Shown here one piece after another: positions 48,451 through 62,230 of a DNA stretch of 64,000 nucleotides (within the stretch, counting starts at the first letter, position 1; the number at the start of each line of letters is the position of its first letter). Made by a program: the position numbers and the translations under genes. The stretch comes from Squalus acanthias (lineage: Eukaryota). The stretch spans positions 3,224,001 through 3,288,000 of the forward strand of contig CM059433.1 in assembly GCA_030390025.1 (NCBI GenBank), read 5' to 3'. The notes beneath the pieces were generated by a model. It did not search any database, had not been told where the DNA came from, and worked only from the letters and a program-made list of their open reading frames with translations.

Positions 48451-51385
48451 GGGCCGTGATTTTCACAACCTGAGTGTGTCCGATGGCCTCGGGGTCCGTG
48501 GCGGGCCGCTAGCCCGCTGCTGCCTTCCTCCCGCTGCAAAATAAGACTTTCCCCGAATGGGCCTTGTTAAGCCCACCCAGTGCGTGACCCGGCCCCAATT
48601 AGAAGGAGCGGGTCTGGTGACGTCATCGCTGACGCGTTTGGTGTGGGTATATTTAAAGGGGCCATGGCCACATTACAGTTGAAGCTGCATCTAGGATCCT
48701 ATTCAGGACAGTTGAGATTTGTAAGGCTACAGGGCTACAGTGATGGCTGGAGCAAGGCAGAGGGCTGCACCCAGGTTCTCCGATGATTCCCTCCATGTGC
48801 TTGTGGAGGGAGTCCAGGCATGCAGGGAGGTCCCCAGGACACCAAGAGGGCCAGGTTAGAGATTGTAGAAGAGGTTAATAGCAGGGCAGTTGTAAGGAGG
48901 ACCTGGGTGCAGTGACGAAAACGTTTCAATGATCTTCTGAGATCAGGAAAGGTGAGTACAAAGCCACACTGACCTTCATCCTGCTGTGCCTCTCGTCACA
49001 GCCCCATCACTCTGCCTTCCCAGCCCTACTCCTGCATATCTTCCTCACAACAACATCCCTTGCACATCCACCCTTCCCTCCCTCTCTATGTACATTATCA
49101 CATCTCCATCTCACTAGCCACCCCTCACACTCACCTTCATCCTAGTCTTCTTCTTCTTAGGCAGTCCCTCGGAACCGAGGATGACTTGCTTCCACACTAA
49201 AAATGAGTTCTCAGGTGACTGATGAGTCCAATGCAGGACCTACAGTCTCTCTCACAGGTGGGGCAGACGGTAGGGTTGACGTGCGCTCCTTCCGCTGTTT
49301 GCGCTTGGCTTCCGCTTGCTCCCGACGAAGAGACTCGAGGCTTCTCCTCCTCTTTGTGCGGTCTTGGGCCAGGGATTCCCAGGTGTCAGGTGGGGATGTT
49401 ACACTTTTTCAAGGAGGCTTTTGAGGGTGTCCTTGAAGCGTTTCCTCTGCCCACCTGGGGCTCTCTTGCCGTGTCGGAGCTCTGAGTAGAGCGCTTGTTT
49501 TGGGAGTCTTGTATTGGGCATGCGGACGATGTGGCCCGTCCATCGGAGCTGATCGAGCGTGGTCAAAGCTTCGATGCTGGGCATGATGGCCTGAGCGAGA
49601 ACACTGATGTTGGTGCGCCTATCCTGCCAATGGATTTGCAGGATCTTGCGGAGGCAGCATTGGTGGTACCTCTCCAGTGCTTTGAGGTGCCTGCTGTACA
49701 TGGTCCATGTCTCTGAGGCATACTGGAGGGCGGGTATCACTACTGCTCTATCGACCATGAGCTTGGTGCCGAGTTTGAGGTCCTGGTCTTCAAACACTCT
49801 CTTCCTCAGGTGACCGAAGGCTGCACTGGCACACTGAAGGCAGTGTTGGATTTCGTAGGCTCCCAAGGTATGGAAAGTGGTCCACGTTGTCCAAGGCGTC
49901 CTCATGGATTTTGATAATCGGGGGGCAGTACTGTGTGGCAGGGATAGGTTGGTAGAGGACCTTTGTCTTACGGATGTTTAGCGTAAGGCCCATGCTCTCG
50001 TATGCTTTGGTGAAGGTGTTGACGATGGTTTGGAGTTCGACCTCCGAGTGTGTTCAGGCGCAAGCGTCGTCTGCATACTGGAATTCGATGACAGAGGATG
50101 GGACGACCTTGGATCTGGACTGGAGGCGACGGAGGTTGAACAGTTTCCCGTTTGTTTTGTAGATTAGCTCCACTCCAGCGGAGAGCTTACTGAGGGTGAG
50201 ATGGAGCATTGCAGCCAGGAAGATTGAGAAGAGCATTGGTGCGATGACACAGCCTTGCTTGACCCCAGTCCGTACGTGAATTGGGTCTGTGGTGGATCGT
50301 TGGTCAGGATCACGGCTTGCATGTCGTCGTGAAGTGTCGTAGTGCTATCATATCAACTAACAACACACTAGGAGGCCACTTGGTATTGCCACCCCACTCC
50401 CTCATAGTCACCCTCTACACATGTAACCCTTCCAGTTCTTGCACTCATTCCATCACTCTCACTCAGCCTTCTCTTCTTTCCCTCCTTGCGAGAGAAGAGG
50501 GCCCACAATAGCAGAGAGAGACAATGAACGGGAGGAGGCCCTCCACAATTGGCCACAATAACTAGTGCAGAGCAGAATGCCCTGGAGGTCTCAGGAGTGG
50601 GGCGGAGACGGAAGTGGGGGATGGAGAGAGGGGCTCAGCACAACAACCTGGTGACAGAATCAGATTCCTTTCAGCTACATGGCATTCATCACTCACTCAT
50701 ATGGGGGCTGATGTCAGGAGAGATTGAATGCTCATAATGTGCATATTGCAATGTACATTTATATATCTAACTGATCTCTTTACTCTCCCACAGGTCCATC
50801 AAGAGCCGTCCACCACCCCCCCCACTTTCAAGACCCAAGAAGAGGACGACTCCTCAGAGGAGCCTCCAGCCTCTGAGGGTGCAGTGGCACCAGCACAGAT
50901 ACGCGCAGCTCGGTGGGTCCATCGCGAGATAGAGTAGTGTTGTCACCTGGTGTCTCACACAGCACAAGTGAGCAACAGCTGATGGTGGAGACAGGGACAG
51001 CAGTGGAGACTCCTCGCCGGAGGGTGCAGGACACTCCCAGCTCTGCTCAGCTGCAGGCAGACGCTGAGCCTCGGGGGTCATCCACAAAGAGGGCGATCCT
51101 GGAGCTCCAGGAACAAGTGCAGGAGGCCCTGACAGGTACAGGAGACTGCGGCGACTGCGAGTGTTCAGAGAATGGAGGAGTCCATTTCCAACATGAGCAA
51201 TGCCGTGGCACACGCACTCACGACTGTAGGTTTCTCCATGGACAGGATGGCCACCTGGAGGACCTAATGTGCCAGTCACATGAGCACATGGTCTCTATGC
51301 AAAATAGATTGTCATCGATGGAGGATAGATGGCTATCTATGGGAAATAATATGGCGTCAATTTTTGTCTGATTACTCTCCTGTGA
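48451..51385 (+). mobile_element. Decayed Harbinger Myb-like gene with introns
   Basis: Left arm like 40008; RTWVQ*RKRFNDLLRS then AG|GTGAGT at ~48951; EKRAHNSRERQ*TGGGPP exon at ~50490. Confidence 0.6.
49146..50335 (-). mobile_element. RTE (BovB-like) LINE 3' part
   Basis: GVKQGC...LFSIFL, FQYADD, ASETWTMY; same tail as 15308-15330. Confidence 0.88.
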
Positions 51386-53325
51386 AGCTCCTTGGAGCAT
51401 TTTCCTCCATTAACGATGCTATATAAATGCAAGTTATTGTTGTTGAGAAAGCTTCGCCATGCTCTCAAACTGTCAGCAGCAAGACTGGTTAGTGTGGTTG
51501 TGCAATTTGGGGCCCACCATTCATTGAAACAAATTTTATTTCAACTTACAAAGCAGGAGGTGATAGTGATAGTTTTATTTGGGTATTTGCATAATTAGCC
51601 GCCTACCAGAAGTGAGACTAAATGAGTAGGTTGGCCAAATCACATCTTTACAAAGCAGAAAAGAGTTTGTGGTATTTTGTTTGTGTCAGTCCTGCCAACA
51701 GCATGGACTGTGAAATTATAAAGATTATTATTCTAGGACTCATGATTTAATGCCTGAAATACACAGGCAAAAATCCATGTAATTCAGGGGGTAATTTTGA
51801 CATTGGGCGTAAGTATAAAACAGGTGATAACGAATGGGCAGCCAGCTTTACATTTCTCCCCATATTCAATTCCATTGAAGTCAATGGAAATTAAATTGAG
51901 AGAGATGTGGCTAATTCACCAGCGCCAATTTTACACAATCGCACCAGGTCAAAATTACCCTCTCAGAATCTGGGCAGAGAAATGGTTAACCAACTCGAAG
52001 GCACATGGCAGGTGTGGCGGGAAAGCAAAGGCATAACAGACTCCAAAGGTCTTTTCCATTTAATCCTCAGAGACAGATTTTTGGAAATGGTTCCAAATGA
52101 TTTTAAGAACCTGGTTACTCGATGAGGAGTGTTAAACCCTTGAGCAGCGAGGCATGAGTGCTGATCATTTAATGTCCTCACAAGCATAGATCAGCCATCG
52201 TCTGGGTGGGATCAGGGAGGTCGTCTCAGAGACAAACTGCTCAGCAAGCCAACGGCTCAGCCCACTCCAGGTGAGGCTAAAGGGGGACAATCGAGCAGAA
52301 GTCAGAGGTCTGAACACAATGGGGGCGATCTCGCCAGCCCTGGGGAGGTGGGTTTGGAGGCGGGACTGCCGGGAAAATGGCTGAATCTGGGGGCGGGTAC
52401 CCATCCCGCCCCCAAACCGCCTCCGTGCCATCTTCCCAGGAGGCGGGTAGCCGACCCGCGCTGAGTCCCGTCTCCTGGAGGCGGGAAGGGGATTACAGCC
52501 ACTTAACTGCCTGTTAACAGGTAGTTAACAGGCAGTTAAGAGGGTTATCCCCATTTTTCCAGCAGAGGTGCGGGCTTCTCGACATTGGGAAACCCCGCCA
52601 GGGTCACCGAGGCGAGCAGTGGGTCTGCGGGGGTCGGAGGGGTCCAAAAGTGCGCAGTGGAGGTGAGTGATGGGTGCAAGTGTGGAGAGGTAAGTATGTG
52701 AGGTGAGTGAAAAGTGATGGAAAATGTTTACTTACCTTTGTTTCTTCCTGCAGACTTCCACAGTTGGGGATGCGGAGACTCCAACATCTCCACGGCAGAG
52801 ATGACAGAATGGCTGCTGCATTCTCCGATGCAACAGCCATCTAATTTCTGCTCAGGAAATAGGTTTGGTGAGTCTTGAGTACAAGGACTCACCAAACAAC
52901 AGAGAATGTCAATCTTTGGCAGCTTCTCAAAGCTGTCAAACGATTACAATTCATCTGTCAAAAATTTTTGATATGCAACATCATACGCTGACATTCTCTG
53001 TAACCGGCTTCCCCTTAATTGGCCTGCTAAGCCCGCTGGGCGGGCTTAACAAGGTCAATCAAGGGAAAATAGCGTGGGTTGGCCACAAGTCGATGGAGGC
53101 GGGACTAAAACCCGACAAGCAGCAGTCCCGCCTCCAACTCACCCCCATTGGCAAAATCGCCCCCAATGAACTGTGGGGGGTGAACCTGGTCTTGGGCTGC
53201 CAATTCGCTATCATATGCTTTGTGCTACCACCCAATGCCAATAATTGTAAGAGGAAGGAAACGCTCATGGTATTCTGGAACTCCACAGTTTGGGGAAAAC
53301 CGATTTAAAGTAGGATTGATTCAAT

Positions 53326-55377
53326 GGGCTAGAAATTCATTATAGCCAAGGAATGGGCGGTGTTTAGACTAAAAATGGTGAAGGAGCGCCAGTTGAAAAT
53401 TGTCTAGACTGCACGCAAAATTCATCGTCACTCCTCATTAAGATGATTGCAGTCATGATTCTCATCTAAAAACCCAAGCTAATTGGCATTACACTGAAAA
53501 GATGAACCAATATCGGGTGTAGTCTAAACGCAAGTAATGATTGCCACAGGCTTTTTTCACTATTAAAAGGGAAGGTTCATTGATGCTGCAGCACCTCATT
53601 CTCAGCATTGTTGAGTGTGCAGCTGCCTCAACAACCATAAGAAGAAGGGCAAGGAGAAGGAGCACTTATTTACAAATGCTGATGGCAGGTTGCCGCCCAA
53701 GGGAGAGAGCGCGGAGGTTTTCCGAGGATGCTTTGGAGGCATTGTTTTAAGTGGTGGAGAGAAGGCGTGCGGTCCTGCACCTGACAACTGGCAGGAGGCC
53801 CTTGCCACAAGTCTGCTGGACTTTGTGGAGGGAGGTGGCACACCACGTCACGGGTAGCACTGTGGTCCCCTGGTCCCACACCCAGTGCAGGAAGAAGCTT
53901 AGCAAGGTCACACGGGTGGTCAGGGTGATTGAATGCTTCAACAAATGCTACATACAATCATCTGTACCACAAGCTTCACACACTGCTCAATGCACCACAC
54001 CCCCAGCACTCACCCACCAACAATCTCTACCTAGCAACACTCACACCCACATCTCACACCTTGCACACAATGACAGCTATTCAACTATGGCAGGCACAAG
54101 GATCATTAGTTATTAGAATTCATGTGATATGTGTGATATGTTTATAGATAAATTTATTAATGGTGTTTGGAATATTTTGTGATCTCTCTCATGTCACCTT
54201 TACGCCCAGGAGGACGCTGTGATATGGCGTGAGACAGGGATGGTATGATGGGGATGTGGTGAGCTACAGGGATCTGGGGTTTCATTCATTCGAATCACAG
54301 TCTGATGAGCTGGTCACAGACAGCCCATCCGGAAGGCCGATTGTCTCATTGCCTCCTCCCTCCCTCCTGTTCCTCCTCCTCCTCGTCCTCTTCCTCCTCA
54401 TCCTCATCCTCCTCTGCCTCATCCTCCTCCTGAGGTGGTCCCGCAATCGCTGCTGGCAAGGGCTGTGCCCTCGTGATGGCCAAGTTGTGGAGCATGTAGC
54501 AGACCACCATGAAATGGGACACCCGCTCTGGCGAGTACTGGAGGGCTCCTCCCGAGCGGTCAATGCAGCGGAACCATTGCTTCAATAAGCCGATGGTCTG
54601 CTTGATGATGTTCCTGGTGGTAGCATGGCTCTCATTATATGAGTGCTGGGCACAAGTGTTGGGGTTGCGGAGGGGAGTCCTGAGCCAGGTGGAGAGCGGA
54701 TAGCCCTTGTCTCCAAGCAGCCACCCTCGAGCTTGATGTGGTAGTTGGAAGAGTACTGGCACACTGCTCTGGCACAGGATGAAGGCATCGTGGCTGCTGC
54801 CAGGATAGCGGGCATTCACATTGAGGATTCGCTGTGTGTGGTTGCGCACCTACTGCACATTAAGTGAGTGAGTGATTTTTAGCAAATATTGTACTTTGAA
54901 GCCTTTCAAAAATAATGAGGGTGTTTTGTACTTGCCAGAACACTCCCTGATACCAAAGAACCTTGAAGTGACTACGGAAAACTCTTGCAGTAGCAGGAAG
55001 TAGCACCCAACCACTCTAACTGCAAAACCCTGCCAGGTGTGAGTGATTGGTGAGGATCCCTTTAAATAACATCACTGGAGCTGGCTTCCTGCTGTTGCCA
55101 CCACCTGAAGCTGTCGGTGCTTTCTCCAGCTGGTAAGTACATTGGCTAAAACGGAGTTGAGAGACTGGGTGTCCAGTGAGAGTTGCACACTCACTGAGGT
55201 CACAATCTCCATCATGGCGAGCTCCCTGGTGATTGAGGTTACCGGCAGCACTACCGGCACCACTGATATGGCGTGCGGCGCTGGAACCGGCATCAGCTGT
55301 CGTTACAGTTGTCAATGGCACTATAGCGCCATCTCCTGGTGCTAACGTGTGGCACAAACCACACGAATTTCTCCCCC
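53326..55377. mobile_element. Internally deleted Harbinger transposon: Myb-like gene (+) and DDE transposase fragment (-)
   Basis: TIRs GGGCTAGAAATTC / GAATTTCTCCCCC, TSD AAT; RFSEDALEAL...QCRKK at 53700-53930. Confidence 0.82.
54346..54849 (-). pseudogene. Harbinger/HARBI1-like DDE transposase C-terminal fragment
   Basis: [47 protein letters not shown]. Confidence 0.88.
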
Positions 55378-56334
55378 AATGAGTCTTGATTTTAGCAAAG
55401 TGCGGATGCAGAGGACAGAATATAGAATCGATACATCACAGTCATATATGCGTTTTCCATTCCTCTGGCATGCAAAATGCCAGTATGTATAGAAATCCCA
55501 TTTAGAAATTGTCCTGGGTTGATGGTGGTAAGTATCCTGGAGCTCATGGAAAAGACATAATATTCTAAAGGTAAGTATATTTTAGCCAGTTTTCTTTTTT
55601 TCCTGTTGGAAACTGTCGAAAACCCATCAATAGCTATTTTGACAAATAATAAATTGGACAACTGACGTGAGAATAGAACAATTGGGTAAGAGTGGCCACT
55701 ACATGGTTAAGAATAGAAAAGGATAATAAAGAGTCAAAGATAAGGTTGCTGGAGTGGAAAAGGGTAAAGTTCAGCAAGATAAAAGGTGATCTGCCCCAAC
55801 TTAACTGGGCATAAAGGTAGCAACCAGGTTGACAGATCAGCATTAGGTAATCTTCAGATATGAAATGGATAGAGTTCAAGATAAGGTGCTAAGTGGATGC
55901 ATCAAAGTATAGATTTCCACGGATAAATAGAGTGAATGAAACTAAACTGAAAAAATGAGGGCTAACAATACTGAAGAAAATTATTAGGAATATAGAAATA
56001 ATAGAGAGGTGAAAAAGGACATTCGAAGAAATAAGTAACAATTAGCAGATAATATAATAGGAAATAGTAAGTGCTTTTATAAGCATATAAAGAATAAAGG
56101 ATTTGTTAAAGAGAAAGTATGTCCACTCGGGCATGAAGGAAGGAGTCCAATTGTGGAGAATGAAGGTATGGTGGGAATATTAAATAAATATTTTGTATTG
56201 GTCTTTGCTAATTATGGTTGGACTGAGAATATAGCGGCCCTATTTTAACTGAGGGAGTACTGCCCCAGAACTGGTCCTAATGCCCCAGGAATCTTAAGCC
56301 CTCCCTCCGGCACCACCTCTCCAGGCACGTGTAA

Positions 56335-56808
56335 CATAAGAACATAAGAAATAGGAGCAGGAGTTGCCATTTTGGCCCCTCGAGCCTGCTCCGCCATTCA
56401 ATAAGATCATGGCTGATCTTCTACCTCATCTCCACTTTCCTGCACTATCCCCATATCCCTTGATTCCCTTAATATTCAAAAATCTATCGATCTCTGTCTT
56501 GAATATAGTTCACATCCCTCTGGGGTAGAGAATTCCAAAGATTCAGCACCCTCTGAGTGAAGAAATTTCTCCTCATCTCAGTCCTAAATGGCCAACCCCT
56601 TATTCTGAGACTGTGACCCCTGGTTCTGGACTCGCCAGCCAGGGGAAACATCCTCCCTGCATCTACCCTGTCAAGGCCTGTAAGAATTTTGTATGTTTCA
56701 ATGAGATTACCTCTCATTCTTCTAAACTCTAGAGAATATAGGCCTAGTCTACTCAATCTCTCCTCATAGGACAATCCCCCCATCCCAGGAACCAGTCTGG
56801 TGAACTTG
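56335..56808 (-). mobile_element. CR1 LINE 3' end
   Basis: LSYEERLSRLGLYSLE...FFTQRVLNLWNSLP; tail. Confidence 0.88.
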
Positions 56809-58805
56809 TCTTATCTTACTGCTCCTATATTCACTAGCACGTTTGAGGCAGAGACCATTGCATCTTTTAAGAGAAAAGTGGATAAATATTTAAAGCAAAT
56901 GAATGTATGGGCAGGGCAACGCCAATAGTTTTGGGATGCTCTATAAAGAGCCGTCACAGATGGGTTGAATGGCCTCCTTCTGTGCTGTAAACTTTTATGG
57001 TTCTTTGCTTCTTAATAACATTAATCCGCAAATCTCTTTCTCTCTCTCGCTCTGTGCTCCCAATGTCTCTCTCTGCCTCTCTAATCTCTCTCTGCTGCCC
57101 AATTACTCTCTTTGTCCCATTCTGTTTATTTCTCTCTATCTGCCAGTTTCTGTGTATGTGCCCAATCTCTACCTCACCCCTGAATCTCGCTCTCATCTCC
57201 CTACAGACCTCAGGGGGGAAAAAAGCAGCATGATGTCATTGTTTTCAGAAATAAAAGTAGAGAGTCGGGGAAGAGTGAGGAGAAGTCATCCAGTGTTTAC
57301 ATTTTACTATATGGAGAAGGGCCTAAAGTGGCAAAGAAAAGTGGCAGTGGCTTACACACACCAGGAATGTTGCTGGGAGCCTGGGCAGAACGGAGAGAAC
57401 ATTTTTCAAAAGTATAGAGTGGAGCAGAGAGGGCTGCAAGAGAGCTGTAAGGAGCCAACTGGGAGGTGGAGGGGCAAGACCAAGGCCAGATGGGAGGACC
57501 AGCGAAGAGCCAAGAGTAGGCCGGATACCCGACTTTGGAATTTACAGCGGCCAGAGAGAGACTGGAGGGCTAAAAAAGAAAACATACACTATCAGACAAT
57601 AATGTGTGAAGTTGGGCTCAAGAGCTAGAATAGGAAAAATATCCTGGCTTGTACCCTCGGGTAGGGTCCACAAGTACGCTTTAGTAGACTGATATCCCTC
57701 TTCTCATTGGGCGCATCAGCCACCAATCCTTCGCTGTCAACTGAGAGGCCAGGAACATTGGAACTCCCAACATTTGGAGTCCCCGCTCTCAGCCCAAACC
57801 TCTCTCTCACTTCTGGCCTTGCAAACTGTGGGTGGAGGCTCTTCCCCTTACCAAGCCCTACGGAATCCCCAACCTCAGGCTGGGACTCGGCAGATACAGG
57901 TTCTGGGCTATTCCCAACCATTCCCATGTATTCCTGCCAGAGTTGCGGTGGGATTGTGCTAGAAGGGCTGAGGATTTTCGACCCTATTATCTCCACCCAT
58001 GAAATTAGATTTTGTCATTCAGTATTTATGTGGTGATAAGTCTTGTGGAGATATCTGTCACAAAAGCCCACAATATGGGGGTAAAATTGAGTCGCGCCCC
58101 CTTCGGGGCACTGACTTCGCTACTTTTAGCGCCCCGAAAAAATTAGCGCCCCAGCAGCTGAAATTGAATGGTAGCGCCCCAAGAGGGAAACGGTGCGCTA
58201 CTGGAAGTGCCCCGCCTCCCTCTTGGGGCGCTGCGAGGGAATATCGCGGCGCTATGTGCTGCGGTACTGTAGGCCTTCCTCCCCTTCTTAAAGGGGAGGG
58301 GCCTAGCACAGCGCGACCCGGGGCCCAGCTGGGCCACCAGGGATCGGGAGTGCGGCAAAAGAGCCCGGCACTCAAGAGAAGTGCCGAGCTCACGGAGCGC
58401 AGCGGCACTCCGCGGGGGGGGCTTAACAGACAAAGCGGGCAGGTGCTGGCAGGCGGCCAGCAACAAAAATGGCCGCCTGGCTCCTCGCCTTTAATTAGCA
58501 TCACCCCGGCCGCAGGTAGGCCCCCCTGACCCCGTCGGACATAACGTCTGGCGGTAAGTCAGGGGACACTACCGAAGATTGCGGCCGGGGCGCGAGTGGG
58601 GCGCTGCGCACGGCGATGACGTCATTGCTGGCGGCGCAGTGCCGTGGGGCACTAACGGTTACCGCCACCGCTAACCTCCCGCTGAATTTCGTGGGAGGCG
58701 TTGGCGGCGCCGCGCCCGGGCGCTAGTTGCTTTGCGCCCCGTTAGCGCCCTCTTTTATTTTATCACTTGGGATGTGGGGTGAATTAGAGGTCTTGTTTTT
58801 GAATC

Positions 58806-59228
58806 ATAGAAACATAGAATCTAGGAGCAGGAGTAGGCCATTCGGCCCATCGAGCCTGCTCCACCATTCAATACGATCATGGCTGATCATCCAAATCCAG
58901 TACCCTGTCCCTGCTTTAATCCCCACAGTACACATATCCCACCCTACCCCCGTAACCCCACGTATTTAATTCCCCCTAACATATCCCATCCTATCCCCAT
59001 AACCCCACATATTTAATCCCCCCCTAACACTAAGGGTCAATTTATCATAGCCAAATCAACCTAACCCGCACATTTTTTGGACTGTGGGAGGAAACCGGAG
59101 CACCCGGAGGAAACCCACGCAAACACGGGGAGAATGTGCAAACTCCACACAGACAGTCACCCGAGGCCGGATTCGAACCCGGGTCCCTGGCGCTGTGAGG
59201 CACCAGTGCTAACCACTATGCCACCGTG
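58806..59228 (-). mobile_element. HE1-like V-SINE
   Basis: Reverse complement of the 6126-6547 type. Confidence 0.85.
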
Positions 59229-59924
59229 AATCTCGGTATTATTTCCTTTTTCTGTCTTTTTAAATAATGAACTGCTATTATTTCTCCATTCTCTGGTCAG
59301 CTGGTCCATGCCACAATTATATTTTAGAGGGCGGACAAGCCCCCTGTAAACTGTTCTGAGCTGACTGCTGGGGAATTCATCAAAAGAAAACTTTCCCTCT
59401 AATTCTCCTTCATTGAGGATGAATTTTGCCTGCGCTTGGCATCTCCAAATAGAGATAAGACTGGGATTAGAAGTGACTGGCGTAGGGGAATTGATAGCAC
59501 ATCCTACTCCACTGTCGCAGTATGGGTTGGTGTTTAACCTTTTAACAATGTGATTATTTCTGGCAGCAAGTTACTATCGTGTGACGAGCTGATTAGTGAG
59601 ATGGAGCTCAAGTTTCACATTGTTTGCAACCTTGTACAAGTATGGAAGGTGGCTATTTTCAGCGCCACTGCAGATTTTCAAAGGGACGCAGGAGTATGAC
59701 ACACTTAAGTTGAGGCTTAATGACGCGACTGGTGAGGGAGCCGGCCACCCTCCATCATTCTCACAACAGTACTACCAGGCAAGATTCGAAGTTACTGAAC
59801 TTTAAATTTCAAACTAGAATTGTTTTCCTTCAACAGCTTTCTGACTCAAAATTAGTCAATTTATGGGAAAATATAAAGAATGCTGCAATTCTGAAAGTAA
59901 ATAGAAAAGGCTGAAAAACACATT

Positions 59925-60678
59925 GGGCCAGATATTCCGATGCCTACGAGGTGCGTACACACCCGTGGGGACATCGGAAATGCCGGTTTCAGGCGTGCGA
60001 AGTACATGCGCTGAAAACCGGCATTTCCATTCTGTGAAGAATCCTCTTGACAGATCGGACGCCTGCCCTGGAGAAGGGTCTCTGCGGGGGGAGAGTTCCG
60101 CTTTCTGCAGAACCTCTGCCCGCAGAAAACCCTTAGAAATCTTACTCCTGGTAAAAGCTGGCATAAGGCCTGCTTTTACCAGCATGAGAGTTTAAAAAGT
60201 TAAAAAAAAATTAAAAAAATTTCACTCATTTATAATTTTAAAATAGTTTTAAAAAAGGTAAGTTTATTTTTAGCCCCGTAAAAAACTTTAATTATTTTTT
60301 TCAAAAAATTAAACTTTTGTTTAAAATATTTAATTTAATGTAATTTTAACTCATTTTGAAAACGTGATGGTTTTTTAAAATTTATTTGATGTTTTAATGT
60401 GTTTTTGGGGTGATCTCCATTCATATATTTGACGGGTCTATCTGTCAAAAGTATGAAGGGGGATTCCCTTCTCCTATTGGCTCCCCATGGCCCACGTGAT
60501 CCCAGGGACGATTGCGAATCGCCTGCGCCCCGGGATACGTGGGCCCTGCGCATTTCGACTGTGGAGAGGCCCAGGATCGGAAGTGTCCGGACCTCGGGAG
60601 CCCTCAGGTAAGGGCGTCGATTTTTTCCAGATCGGAGGCATCCGCACGCAGGAAGCCTCCAATCGGAAAATACGGCCC
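59925..60678. mobile_element. Harbinger-type MITE
   Basis: TIRs GGGCCAGATATTCCGAT / ATCGGAAAATACGGCCC, TSD ATT. Confidence 0.78.
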
Positions 60679-61311
60679 ATTAGTTCAGCCAACATTTGAA
60701 AGAAAAAGGTAGGTTAATGTTACAGGTGAATCCTTCATTAGAATATCAATCTATATTGTTTTCTCTGACCTATCTTCAGCATTTTCTATTTTTGTCTCAC
60801 TTTAATTTATGGAACAGTTTGAATTGGAAAGCTTGAGAAGCCGAAGGGCTGTTAGTGGTGAATTGGAAATGATTAATTTAAATGAGGGAAGAAAGGCTGA
60901 AAGTCTTGGAAACAATTTATAAGAACCAGATTTGCTGCTTGTACCAGTTTGAGGAAAAAAATACTATTGATGGGGCGATCGGAGTTGCTTATCAGAGTTT
61001 ACTTAAAGGTCTTTATTTAACTTTACCTTTAAGATGTAAAAATAAGATTCACTGAGATAAATGTTATCCTGTGCTGACGGTGACATTAAAACTAACACTG
61101 GAAGAAAGATTGCCTACAATAGTGATTTAAAACATATTTTAGATCTACTGCATTATTGATGGAACCAGTGCTGTAAAAATACACCCCAACTGTGAGCAGC
61201 TAACTTAGCAAAGACTAGGGAGAGAACCTGGGGCTACAAGTCTAAATGCCCCAGTATTTAATGGTCGAGTTACCCACTAAGCAATAAGAACATTTAATAT
61301 GTTATATAAAA

Positions 61312-61638
61312 AGAAAAAAGAAAGACTTGCATTTGTACAGTGCCTTTCACGACCACCGGACGTCTCTAAGTGCTTTACAGCCAATGAAGTACTTTTGAAG
61401 TGGAGTCACTGTTGTAATGTGGAAAACGCGGCAGCCAATCTGCGCACAGCAAGCTCCCACATTCAGCAATGTGATAATGACCAGATAATCTGTTTTTGTT
61501 AAGTTGATTGAGGGATAAATATTGACTAGGACATCGGGGAGAATTCCTCTGCTCCTCTTCGAAATAGTGCCATGGGATCTTTTACGTCCACCTGAGAGAG
61601 CAGATGGGGCCTCAGTTTAACGTCTCATCCGAAAGACG
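61312..61638 (-). mobile_element. 5'-truncated Deu-domain SINE
   Basis: Colinear with 42811-43135. Confidence 0.8.
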
Positions 61639-61749
61639 AATATAGTATTATTAGCACCAGTCGTTGTTTTATTATGGGAGCCTTGATTTGATTGTTTCCC
61701 TATCTAAGCTTATTTTAAATTAAAGGCTATTGGAAAGGGCAATATTTTT

Positions 61750-62230
61750 TTAATTCATTTATGGGATGTGGGCATCACTGGCAAGGCCAGCATTTATTGC
61801 CGATCCCTAATTGCCCTTGAGAAGGTGGTGGTGAGCCGCCTTCTTGAACCGCTGCAGTCCGGGTGGTGAAGGTGCTCCCACAGTGCTGTTAGGGAGGGAG
61901 TTCCTGGATTTTGACCCAGCGACGATGAAGGATCGGCGATATACTTCCAAGTCAGGATGGTGTCTGATTTGGAGGGGAACTTGGAGGTGGTGGTGTTCCC
62001 ATGTGCCTGCTGCCCTTGTCCTTCTAGGTGGAAGAGGTCGCGGGTTTGGGAGGTGCTGCTGAAGAAGCCTTGACGAGTTGCTGCATTGCATCTTGTAGAT
62101 GGTACACACTGCAGCCACGGTGCGCCGGTGGTGGAGGGAGTGAATGTTTAAGGTGGTGGATGGGGTGCCAATCAAGTGGGCTGCTTTGCCCTGGATGGTG
62201 TCGAGCTTCTTGAGTGTTGTTGGAGCTGCT
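61750..62230 (-). mobile_element. CR1/L2-clade LINE 3' end (LF-SINE-type tail)
   Basis: Colinear with 31567-32040. Confidence 0.82.

Noticed and set aside
57200..58050. Possible heavily decayed Gypsy gag/pro remnant (also ~48100-48440)
   Set aside because: No intact motif; similarity too weak to support
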